Part shown: positions 38,422 to 47,403 of the stretch, piece by piece
Numbering within the stretch: position 1 is the first letter of the stretch
Layout of the letters: each line of letters begins with the position of its first letter
Assembly: GCA_017472605.1 (NCBI GenBank)
Contig: JAFUPV010000012.1
Location: 470 to 64,469, forward strand
Direction: 5' to 3'
Source of the DNA: Lachnospiraceae bacterium
GTDB taxonomy: Bacteria > Bacillota > Clostridia > Lachnospirales > Lachnospiraceae
Length of the DNA stretch: 64,000 bases
Notes under the pieces: generated by a model
Told to the model about the DNA's origin: nothing
Seen by the model: the letters and a program-made list of their open reading frames with translations, nothing else
Databases searched by the model: none
Translations under genes and position numbers: made by a program

Positions 38422-39258
38422 TTATGAAAATCCAGGAGCTTGCAATTTTAAACCAATAAATGTACCATTTGCCCAAGTGCCAGCCGAATCATATTCACCA
38501 TCCACAATTGTAACCTGTCCCGCTCCTCCTAATGTGCCGTCTCCTAATTCAACTCCAAACGATACTTCTAGTTCTATTAGTTGATGATAATATGTGGCTA
38601 TTATTGGTACACTTATCTCGACACCTTCTGTGAATGCACCTGCTTTCGGAATTAACTGTATCATCGAGGAAACGGAGATATTTTTGTACAAATTTTTAGA
38701 GATTGGTGCTGTATAACCAACTCCTCCCTCGGTTACATACGCTGGATATTCATTATTGTAATATTCTATATACTCCGTTGTTCCATCATATAATTGCGCA
38801 AGCCCTGTAGCACTTACATAAAAATAATTAAGCGAAAACAAATCACTATCCCAATTAACTGTTACAGCATCAGTCAATCTATTAATTGGCATTTCTATCC
38901 AACGTCCATATGGTTCTACATCCAGTGCAGTCATATTACCATCTGCGTCTTCCTCGCAGAAAACTCCTATCTCCCAAAAAAACATACTATCATCAATCGT
39001 TCCTGTCGGTATTGATCTCTGATTTGCATTCTGTTTCACACGAACATTGTCAACAAACTTTACATTTTTCCCAACTAACTGTTCATACACTTGCTCGATT
39101 GTCTTCGTATCGCGAATCTCTAAATATTCATCTGTACATCCAATTGATTTTAAATATTGCACCTTTTCCTCATAAGAAACCGACTCTTCGGCAAAACAGT
39201 TATTTGCACATCCAATGAGCAGACATAACATCAAAATTCTCAAAATACATTTTTTCAT
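38422..39258 (-). CDS. Secreted hypothetical protein
   Basis: MKKCILRIL...CFA signal peptide; RBS and consensus promoter upstream. Confidence 0.7.
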   Translation of the reverse strand: MKKCILRILMLCLLIGCANNCFAEESVSYEEKVQYLKSIGCTDEYLEIRDTKTIEQVYEQLVGKNVKFVDNVRVKQNANQRSIPTGTIDDSMFFWEIGVFCEEDADGNMTALDVEPYGRWIEMPINRLTDAVTVNWDSDLFSLNYFYVSATGLAQLYDGTTEYIEYYNNEYPAYVTEGGVGYTAPISKNLYKNISVSSMIQLIPKAGAFTEGVEISVPIIATYYHQLIELEVSFGVELGDGTLGGAGQVTIVDGEYDSAGTWANGTFIGLKLQAPGFS

Positions 39259-39368
39259 ATAACACTCATTCCTTTCTTTATTCTATTGCTTATCCTGTAT
39301 TCAATCCCTATAATTCTATCTCACCATATCATTACACTTCCTTTCTTACGAATTCATCGCTCAACGAT

Positions 39369-39397
39369 ATTATAATCATAATGTCTTATCTTGTCAA
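39369..39397 (-). promoter_or_regulatory. Consensus sigma-A promoter
   Basis: TTGACA-17bp-TATAAT on the minus strand upstream of 39258. Confidence 0.8.
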
Positions 39398-39606
39398 TAA
39401 TATATTGTATCAGAGGGAAATATGAAGTAAAACATTTACTCAGAGAGATCCTGAAAATTGGTTAGCTAAATATAGTCAAGCTTTTCTATCCATGCAACAG
39501 AAAAAAGGATTAAAATATCATTGATTATTGATACTTTAATCCTCTTTCTTCTTATACTTTACTTAATACCATTGACTCAACCGGAATGTTCATTCTTTCA
39601 ATGCTT

Positions 39607-42426
39607 TCACGCCTCTACTGCAACACTCCGACCATCAGAATACCGAACCGTCCACACACCCGATCCCAGCTCCGCGCTCCACAGACCATCGCGGTTCTTC
39701 ATCATCACCACGTCTCCCTGCGGATTCGCTGCCTTTTCTTCCAGTGTCAGCGTTGCCGTCGTGTTGGCCGGAACCTGCACGGTCAGGGTAATCTGGCCAT
39801 CCTTCGCCTCCCAGCGGGTTGCTACTCTGCCGTAAACGCTGTCAGAGCTTCCTTCTGCGTAGTCCAGATTGCCGCCCGTCTTCGGCGCGATTACGCAGTG
39901 GCGAAAGCCCGGTCTTCTCTCATCTACTTCCAGTCCGGCAACGACCCGGTAGAGCCACTCGCCGATGGCGCCATATGCATAGTGGTTGAAGGAGTTCATG
40001 TCGGCGCTCCACATGGTTCCGTCCGGCTTCAGTCCGTCCCAGTGCTCCCAGACCGTTGTGGCTCCCATCTTCACCTGGTACAGCCAGGAGGGGAAGTCCT
40101 CCTTCAGGAGCAGATCATAGGCCTCGTCCACGCAGCCGTTCTGGCTCAGTGCGTGGCAGAAGTACGGAGTTCCCACAAAGCCGGTCACCAGATGACCGTT
40201 TTCCTTTTCCAGAAGACGCTTTAAGCCTTCCACGGTACCGGGGATACCGCCGGTTGGAAGCAGGTTGAAATACAGCGCCACGATGTGGGCGGTCTGTGTC
40301 TGTACCTTCATCACATAGTTCTCGTCCAGGAAGGTGGCAATGAATTTGTTTACAATATCGTAGTAAAGCTGTTGGTACTCCGCCGCCAGTCCCGTCTTGC
40401 CCAGCGCTTCACAGGTCTTGACAAACAGGCCGGTGGAATAGGCATAGTAAGCGGTGCAGGTCAGATCGTTGGGCGTTGCGCCAAAGTAGCTTCCCTCTTC
40501 CGCATCCAGCGCAACCCAGTCGCCGAACTGGAGCTTGTAGTTCCAGATGTTGTCAACGGCATGGGCTCTCATGAAGTCGATCCACTTCTTCATGCTGTCA
40601 AACTGCTGCTCCAGGATCCGGCGGTCACCGTAGGTCAGATACAGCATCCACGGATTCACCACGGCAACGTCTGCCCATGCGGCAGCGGAATGGGTTCCCT
40701 GACCAAGCAGCCAGTCGGTGATCACATGGAACGGCATGGTATCCGGTACCATGTGGGGAACGCCGCCTTCTTCTGTCTGATCACAGGCAACGTCCTTCAG
40801 CCACTTGCTGAAGAATGGATATACGTTGCGCAGGTAGCAGGAGGTGCGGCAGAAAATCTGTGCGTCGCCGGTCCAGCCCATGCGCTCGTCACGCTGCGGA
40901 CAGTCGGTTGGAATGTCCAGGAAATTGTCGCGAAGGCTCCAGCCGATGTTGTGATGGAGCTGATTCACCAGCGGATTGGAACAGGAGAAATGACCGGTCT
41001 CTTCCATCTCGGAATGAACCACGCAGGCAACAAAGTCCTCTGCCTTCGGCTCGCCCGGCCAGGTTTCCAGCTTTGCGTAACGGAAGCCCTGGAAGGAAAA
41101 CTGTTCCTGATAGGTCACCGGCTCGCTGTCCTTGCAGATGTAGCGGATTTCCGCTTTTGCACCGCGCAGGTTGTCCAGATAGACATTTCCTGCCGCATCC
41201 AGGGTTTCGAAGCAGCGGATATGAGCCAGCTCGCCTTCCTTTCCGCGAACCGTAAAGCGAACCCATCCGGTCAGGTTCTGACCGAAATCCAGCACCAGAT
41301 CACCCTGCGGCGTGGTAAAGAGACGCTGCGCCGGGATTTCCCCGTTGATTTTCACACTGCAGCCCGGCTGTGCCGCCAGAACTTCCTTTTTATAGGGAAC
41401 GATTTCCACGCCATGCCATGCCGTCGTCTCCGGGTAATAGGCAGCAGCCGCCTCGCGCTGCGCTTCCTTCTGCTCATCCGTCAGCGGATCCGTAAGCGGG
41501 TCATAGGCCAGCGCGGCAAGTTCCTCATTTGTCAGGCGACGGAAACTTTCGTCCATCACCGGGACAAATTCCGGCTCACACCAGTCATCCTGCTCCAGAC
41601 GGGCATCATAGCGTTCTCCGTCATAGATCTCCGAGAAGGTAACCGGAGAATTGCAGCCGATCCAGCTTTCATCGGAGACAACAGTCTGAACGCTTCCGTC
41701 CGTGTAGCGGATTACCAGCTGCAGCAGCAGCGCCGTCTGATCTCCATAGTTGTTTCTCTCATGGACAAATCCCATCATTCCCTTGAACCAGCCTGCTCCA
41801 AGATGGGCTCCCACTGCATTTTTGCCCTGCTTCAGCTGAGCGGTCACGTCGCAGGTCTGATAGCAGAGATGCTTATGGTAGGAGGTCCAGCCCGGTGCCA
41901 TCTGGTCGTCGCCCACCGGCTCGCCGTTGAGATACAGGTGGTACAGGCCAAGAGCCGTTGAACAGATGTAAGCTTCTTTGACCTCTTTCTCCACTGAAAA
42001 CGTTTTGCGCACATAAGTACCCTTGGAATTGGTCTTATCCGCTTTCGTCTCCGCGGAAATGAAGTCCGCCTCCCATTCGTTCTGCAGAAGCGCGGTCACG
42101 AAGGACGCCGGTTCACTCCACGGACTCTCCGCTTCCAGACCATCCGCAAAGCTTCCTGTCACCCACACCTTTGCCCTTACATAGTACCTGGTGCAGGAGC
42201 ACAGCTCCACTCCTCTCACATCCACATGAGCAGACTCATCGCTCTCTGTTTTTCCGCTGTCATAGATCAGTTCGCAAAAACCGGCATCTGTGCCAATCTG
42301 CAGCTGGTACGCCTGCTGCATCACACAGGTTCCGTCACTTTCCATCACCCAGCCGAACTGCGGCATGGCATCCACGCCAACCGGATGATCCAGATAGTCC
42401 ATCCGAAGCCTACTGATTGTTACCAT
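39607..42426 (-). CDS. GH78 alpha-L-rhamnosidase family
   Basis: APGWTSY, LDFGQNLTG, FQGFRY, PTDCPQRDERMGWTGD, TTVWEHW, SFNHYAYG. Confidence 0.93.
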   Translation of the reverse strand: MVTISRLRMDYLDHPVGVDAMPQFGWVMESDGTCVMQQAYQLQIGTDAGFCELIYDSGKTESDESAHVDVRGVELCSCTRYYVRAKVWVTGSFADGLEAESPWSEPASFVTALLQNEWEADFISAETKADKTNSKGTYVRKTFSVEKEVKEAYICSTALGLYHLYLNGEPVGDDQMAPGWTSYHKHLCYQTCDVTAQLKQGKNAVGAHLGAGWFKGMMGFVHERNNYGDQTALLLQLVIRYTDGSVQTVVSDESWIGCNSPVTFSEIYDGERYDARLEQDDWCEPEFVPVMDESFRRLTNEELAALAYDPLTDPLTDEQKEAQREAAAAYYPETTAWHGVEIVPYKKEVLAAQPGCSVKINGEIPAQRLFTTPQGDLVLDFGQNLTGWVRFTVRGKEGELAHIRCFETLDAAGNVYLDNLRGAKAEIRYICKDSEPVTYQEQFSFQGFRYAKLETWPGEPKAEDFVACVVHSEMEETGHFSCSNPLVNQLHHNIGWSLRDNFLDIPTDCPQRDERMGWTGDAQIFCRTSCYLRNVYPFFSKWLKDVACDQTEEGGVPHMVPDTMPFHVITDWLLGQGTHSAAAWADVAVVNPWMLYLTYGDRRILEQQFDSMKKWIDFMRAHAVDNIWNYKLQFGDWVALDAEEGSYFGATPNDLTCTAYYAYSTGLFVKTCEALGKTGLAAEYQQLYYDIVNKFIATFLDENYVMKVQTQTAHIVALYFNLLPTGGIPGTVEGLKRLLEKENGHLVTGFVGTPYFCHALSQNGCVDEAYDLLLKEDFPSWLYQVKMGATTVWEHWDGLKPDGTMWSADMNSFNHYAYGAIGEWLYRVVAGLEVDERRPGFRHCVIAPKTGGNLDYAEGSSDSVYGRVATRWEAKDGQITLTVQVPANTTATLTLEEKAANPQGDVVMMKNRDGLWSAELGSGVWTVRYSDGRSVAVEA

Positions 42427-42601
42427 AGTCTCTCCTCCATTCTGCCCTGCCATTTTCCGGCAGATTACTTCTGCTTTTATTCTGTCTCTTCATTTCTGCC
42501 TTTTTGTTTCTGTCTTCCCGCCGCTGACAGTTCCTGCCTCACTGCCTGCATTCCAGTACCTGTTTCTCCGTCAGCCTGGCGTATCACGTCAAAACCTTCT
42601 G

Positions 42602-42904
42602 CTACAGGCGGATTCCCTCCTGCGCCACAAACCCGAACCACAGAAATTTCTTCAGACGGAACCGGATTGTCTCATCATATTCCAGGCGGTATGGCGGAAG
42701 AAGAACTTCTCCCATCTCCGTCTCCCAGGACCGGAAATGCTTCTTATTCTTAAAAAATTCTGCCTGCTTTCGGTCCGAAAAGTGGACATAGAGCTCGGTC
42801 ACTTCAAAATCCGAGTTGTTGCTGGTCACAACCTCAACGGTAATAGCCGTCTTGTTTTTCCGGCGCATGTAGTCCTGCAGGGCAGGTTCGTAAGTAAACT
42901 TCAT
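42602..42904 (-). CDS. Hypothetical 100-aa protein
   Basis: ATG start with RBS; natural-looking composition; sits in operon orientation. Confidence 0.6.
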   Translation of the reverse strand: MKFTYEPALQDYMRRKNKTAITVEVVTSNNSDFEVTELYVHFSDRKQAEFFKNKKHFRSWETEMGEVLLPPYRLEYDETIRFRLKKFLWFGFVAQEGIRL

Positions 42905-43080
42905 CGATATGTTCCCCTGTTATTTCCTTCTGATTTCGAACAAATGCGTTTCGCTGCAATCGTTTCAGGGCATGCAGACCACTCTGCATGCCCCGCTCTT
43001 TCAGTATATCAGGAAGGTCTTGATCCTGCAAGGTTTTCTCGAATCACCTTTTTGTGCATGTTCGATACCGTCTCCGCGTA

Positions 43081-45114
43081 TTATGAAAACTGCACCACTG
43101 CAACCCCATACGGCTCCAGACAGATCTCTCCATCCACGTCCGTGGCGCCAATCAGCTCCTTGCCGGCTTTCACCGTCACCGTTTTCTTCTCATCGGTATG
43201 GTTCAGCCAGAAGCCGAAACGCTCTTCTCCATTGGTTCTGACATGGTACTCCACGCCTTCCGGCTGGGGACTGCACGCCACGCCTGCTTCCTCCAGACAC
43301 TGCGCATAGATCCGCTCCATGCCCTTCTGGTCCATGCGGGCTGCCACATACCACGCCTCTCCGGCGCCGTTCTTCTTTCTTGTCACCACCGGTGTGTTCC
43401 GGTAGAAGTCATCCTGATAGGTCGCCACAACCTCGGCTGCTTCGTCCTCCACGCGAATGATCTCGCAGTAATCCACGATCTCGTAAACGCTTCCGTCGCC
43501 AAATACCGCATGGTTGCGGTCAGACGGGTAAAGGGTATCAATCTCCTCGCTGAACAGGCCAAACAGACTTTTTAGTCCGTCGCCGGGGAATCCGCCCAGG
43601 AAGTTGAGGGTATTTTCGTTGACATAGCCAGACAGATAGGTCATCACCAGCTTTCCGCCCGCTTCCACATATGCTTTCAGACGATCCGCCATACCGGGTT
43701 TAAGCAGGTACAGCATCGGCGCGACAACCAGCGCGTAGCGGGACAGATCTTCATCCACCGCCACCACATCAGTCTCCACGCCAAGGCGCAGCAGACTCTC
43801 ATACTGGGCGCAGCAGGTCATCTCATATTTCTTCTTATCCTTGCTCAGGCCCGGCAGGTTATCGATTGCCCAGCGGTTGCTCCAGTCAAAGAGAACCGCC
43901 GCTTTTGCCTCGATGCGGCTTCCGGTCACCGGCTCCAGCTTCTTTAATACAGTTCCCACATCCGCCACATCACGGAATACCCTTGTATCACTGCGGCCAA
44001 GATGGTCAATCACTGCGCCGTGATACTGCTCGAAGGACCCTCTTCCCTTGCGCCACTGGAAATACTGAACGGTATCGGAACCGCAGGCAATCGCCTGAAC
44101 GCTGCTCAGCCGGTGAACGCCCGGGCGTCTCAGCTTGTTGAATGGATGCCAGTTTACCAGGCTGGGCGTGCTTTCCATCAGCATGAACGGCTGATCCCGT
44201 TTCAGGTTTCGGATGATGGCATGGTCAAAGCTGTTGAGACCGGCTACTGCTGACATTGGCTCATAGTCGTTGTGATAAACCGGATAGCTGTCCCAGCAGA
44301 CCACATCCAGTTCCTTCGCCAGACGGTGATAGTCCAGACCTGGGTACAGATGCATGAAGTTGGTAGTCACCGGCACATCCGGGGTGATTTCCTTCAGAAT
44401 CTCCCGCTCGAAGGTGATGTACTGAGCCATGTTCCAGGTGGTGAACTCCTTCCAGGACAGGTTCAGTCCCATGATGCTGCCCTCGCCCTGGGCCATGGGC
44501 GCGTCGATCTGGTCAAAATCGTTGAAGGTATGGCTCCAGAATGCGGTCCACCATTCCGCGTTCAGTTTCTGAATATCATTGTTGAACTTCTCTTTCAGAT
44601 ACCCTCTGAATTTCTCCTGACAAAGCGGGCAGTAACACTCACCGCCCAGCTCGTTGTTGATGTGCCAGAGAATCAGGCCCGGGTGATCCTTGACACGCTG
44701 TGCCAGCCTGCGGATCAGAATTCCGGCTTTCTCCTGAAATTTCGGGGATGTTATGCAGTGATTATGGCGCAGGCCATGCATGTTGCGGACTCCCGCTTTG
44801 CTGACACGCATTGCCTCCGGATAGGCTTTGTCCAGCCAGGCCGGACGCGCGCCGGTCGGCGTTGCCAGAATGGTGTAAATGCCGTTTTTATACAGCTCGT
44901 CCATGATCTGGACAAGCCAGTCAAAATGAAATTCACCTTCAACCGGTTCGTAGGCAGACCAGGCGAAAACGCCAAGAGTCGCGCTGTTGACACCGGCTTC
45001 CTTCATCAGGCGGATGTCCTCTGCCAGAATGTCCGGGCGGTCCAGCCACTGATCCGGGTTGTAATCGCCGCCGTGGATCATTCCCTTTACCTGCGGAAAT
45101 AAAATCTTCTTCAT
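43081..45114 (-). CDS. GH42 beta-galactosidase
   Basis: HGGDYNPDQW, WHINNE, FMLMESTP, QYFQWR..RGSFEQYHG; start moved to MKKILF (RBS AGGAG). Confidence 0.93.
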   Translation of the reverse strand: MKKILFPQVKGMIHGGDYNPDQWLDRPDILAEDIRLMKEAGVNSATLGVFAWSAYEPVEGEFHFDWLVQIMDELYKNGIYTILATPTGARPAWLDKAYPEAMRVSKAGVRNMHGLRHNHCITSPKFQEKAGILIRRLAQRVKDHPGLILWHINNELGGECYCPLCQEKFRGYLKEKFNNDIQKLNAEWWTAFWSHTFNDFDQIDAPMAQGEGSIMGLNLSWKEFTTWNMAQYITFEREILKEITPDVPVTTNFMHLYPGLDYHRLAKELDVVCWDSYPVYHNDYEPMSAVAGLNSFDHAIIRNLKRDQPFMLMESTPSLVNWHPFNKLRRPGVHRLSSVQAIACGSDTVQYFQWRKGRGSFEQYHGAVIDHLGRSDTRVFRDVADVGTVLKKLEPVTGSRIEAKAAVLFDWSNRWAIDNLPGLSKDKKKYEMTCCAQYESLLRLGVETDVVAVDEDLSRYALVVAPMLYLLKPGMADRLKAYVEAGGKLVMTYLSGYVNENTLNFLGGFPGDGLKSLFGLFSEEIDTLYPSDRNHAVFGDGSVYEIVDYCEIIRVEDEAAEVVATYQDDFYRNTPVVTRKKNGAGEAWYVAARMDQKGMERIYAQCLEEAGVACSPQPEGVEYHVRTNGEERFGFWLNHTDEKKTVTVKAGKELIGATDVDGEICLEPYGVAVVQFS

Positions 45115-45154
45115 AAAAATCTCCTGCTGTGTATTCTTATCGTTTTTCACTGCC

Positions 45155-45226
45155 GCAATGATTACTGTCTCTCCTGCCGTAATCATTTCAGTTTCCGCTG
45201 CAGCAATCATTTCGGTCTTCACTGCC
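45155..45226. repeat. 3 x 24-bp degenerate tandem repeat between the GH42 genes
   Basis: gcaatgattactgtctctcctgcc / gtaatcatttcagtttccgctgca / gcaatcatttcggtcttcactgcc. Confidence 0.75.
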
Positions 45227-45276
45227 TCAACGCTTTCTGTTTTCCTTCGGCAATGCGCCGCCTTTTCTTCTCATGT

Positions 45277-47289
45277 TCACGCATTCAGCTTCAGAACAAA
45301 CACATCGCGCCCTGCGATTGTCTTTCTGCCGCTCATTGTCTCACCGGTCAGATAGCTGGTCAGGCTGTCTCCTCCAAAGTCAACCCACGCCTCGTTCGGA
45401 TTATGGTTGATCACAAAGATGGTGGTTCCCTTCTCGTTGACACGTCTGGTCACTTCCACGCCTTCTGCTGCCTCATAAACCGGCTCCAGACCGCAGTCAT
45501 CGCAGACCTGCTTCATGAAATCTGCCAGGAAGTCGTCGTCCGGTTCGGTTCCGATGTAATATGCGGTTCCCTTTCCAAAGGAGTTCTTTGTCAGGCAGGG
45601 CATTCCCGCGTAGAAATCACTCTCATAGGAAGCCAGAACCTTCGCCTCTCTCGCATGAAGCAGATCACAGAGGAAGGTGCACTGGTAGGAGTCTGCCGGC
45701 AGCGGCATCTCTCCGTTCATCACCATCCGGTTGCTCTCATCCGGACGAAGGGCATCCACCTCTTCCACCCAGATTCCCAGAACCTCTTTCAGCTTGCCCG
45801 GATATTCACCAAATACACAACGGTCGTTCTCGTCCACAAGACCGGACATGACCGTTGTAACCAGTGTTCCTCCCTGACGGACAAACTCGGTCAGACGCTC
45901 TGCCACGCCCTCCTTTGTCATGTACAGCATCGGAGCCACGATCAGGTCATAGCCCTCAAATGAGAAAGACGGATTCAGCACATCAATGGGGATGTTTCTG
46001 CGGTGGAATGCATGATAATAGCGGGAGAAGGTCTTCAGGTAATCCATGTCCTTATTTGGTCCGCTGGTCAGCTCCAGAGACCACCAGTTGTTCCAGTCAA
46101 AGAGCATGCCCACCTTTGCCGGTGTCCGCGCCTCAAGGAACGCATCTCCGATTTTCTCCAGCTCATGACCAAGAATCTCTGACTCGCGGAAAACTCTGGT
46201 GTTCTCATGGCCGGCGTGGGTGATGATGGCGCCGTGGAATTTCTCCTGACCGGCGATGGACTGACGCATCTGGAAGAACAGACAGGTATCCGCGCCGTGA
46301 GCCATTGCCTGGTAGCTGAGCAGACGAACCTCGCCCGGACGCTTCAGCTTGTTATAAGGCTGCCAGTTCTGCTGATTCGGTGACTGCTCGGTCAGAACAT
46401 AGGACTGTCCGCCCTTTAAGCCGCGCATGATGTCATGCTTCATTGCGACAAAATAAGCCGGATCGTGGGGCCACGGATAGTTGTCCCAGCCTACAACATC
46501 CAGATGCTTCGTCATCTCGAACTGATCCAGCTTCTTGATGTAGCCGGACATGTTTGTCTGAATCGGGATTTCCGGATTATATTTCTTTAACACATCATAT
46601 TCATTCTGGAAGCACTCTGCGGTGGAATCGGTGATGAAACGCATGTAGTCCAGCTGGATGGCCGGGTTGAAGCGGTAGTCGTCGTTGAGCTCGCTGGGCA
46701 CGGTCACTTCCTCAAAGCTGGTCACGATTCTTCCCCAGAAGGTGGTGTGCCAGCGGTTATTCAGCTCCTGAACGGAACCATAGCGTTTGCGCAGCCACAG
46801 GCGGAACTTGGCCTGACAGGTGGGGCAATAGCAGTAGGTTCCATATTCGTTGGCAACATGCCACATGGCCAGCGCCGGATGGTGGGCATAGCGCTTCGCG
46901 AATTCTTCCGCAATGGCAGCTGCCCGCTCTCTGTATTTCAGACTGTTGACACAGAAGAAGACACGCATGCCGTGGGTGCGCTTTCTTCCCTGAATGTCCA
47001 CCGGCAGCACCTCCGGATAGCGGGTGGAAAGCCATGCAGGCTGAGCGGTGGTCGGGGTTGCCAGACACACATAGATGCCGTTTGCCCAGATCTGATCGAT
47101 GATCTTATCCAGCCATTCAAAATCATAAACGCCCTCGTCCGGCTCCAGTTTGGACCAGGAGAATACCGGAAGGGTCAGCAGGTTGATGCCTGCCTTCTTA
47201 AACATGCGCATGTCTTCCGCAATGGTCGCCTCATCCCACTGATCGGGATTGTAATCGCCGCCGTAATAAATTCTGTCCGCTTTTTTCAT
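45277..47289 (-). CDS. GH42 beta-galactosidase
   Basis: YGGDYNPDQW, WHVANE, LTEQSP, FFQMRQS..GQEKFHG. Confidence 0.94.
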   Translation of the reverse strand: MKKADRIYYGGDYNPDQWDEATIAEDMRMFKKAGINLLTLPVFSWSKLEPDEGVYDFEWLDKIIDQIWANGIYVCLATPTTAQPAWLSTRYPEVLPVDIQGRKRTHGMRVFFCVNSLKYRERAAAIAEEFAKRYAHHPALAMWHVANEYGTYCYCPTCQAKFRLWLRKRYGSVQELNNRWHTTFWGRIVTSFEEVTVPSELNDDYRFNPAIQLDYMRFITDSTAECFQNEYDVLKKYNPEIPIQTNMSGYIKKLDQFEMTKHLDVVGWDNYPWPHDPAYFVAMKHDIMRGLKGGQSYVLTEQSPNQQNWQPYNKLKRPGEVRLLSYQAMAHGADTCLFFQMRQSIAGQEKFHGAIITHAGHENTRVFRESEILGHELEKIGDAFLEARTPAKVGMLFDWNNWWSLELTSGPNKDMDYLKTFSRYYHAFHRRNIPIDVLNPSFSFEGYDLIVAPMLYMTKEGVAERLTEFVRQGGTLVTTVMSGLVDENDRCVFGEYPGKLKEVLGIWVEEVDALRPDESNRMVMNGEMPLPADSYQCTFLCDLLHAREAKVLASYESDFYAGMPCLTKNSFGKGTAYYIGTEPDDDFLADFMKQVCDDCGLEPVYEAAEGVEVTRRVNEKGTTIFVINHNPNEAWVDFGGDSLTSYLTGETMSGRKTIAGRDVFVLKLNA

Positions 47290-47403
47290 GTTGTTTGCTC
47301 TCCTTTATTATCAGAAGCATGTGCAATGACTCGATTTCATCCACGCGCCTTTGCACATGCCGCATTTCTTTTCTGTTTTTCCTGCTTCCTGACGCCTCAC
47401 ATC

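Noticed and set aside
24199-39600. Integrative element or prophage
   Set aside because: No integrase, transposase, tRNA target or flanking direct repeats are visible; only composition and gene content suggest foreign origin
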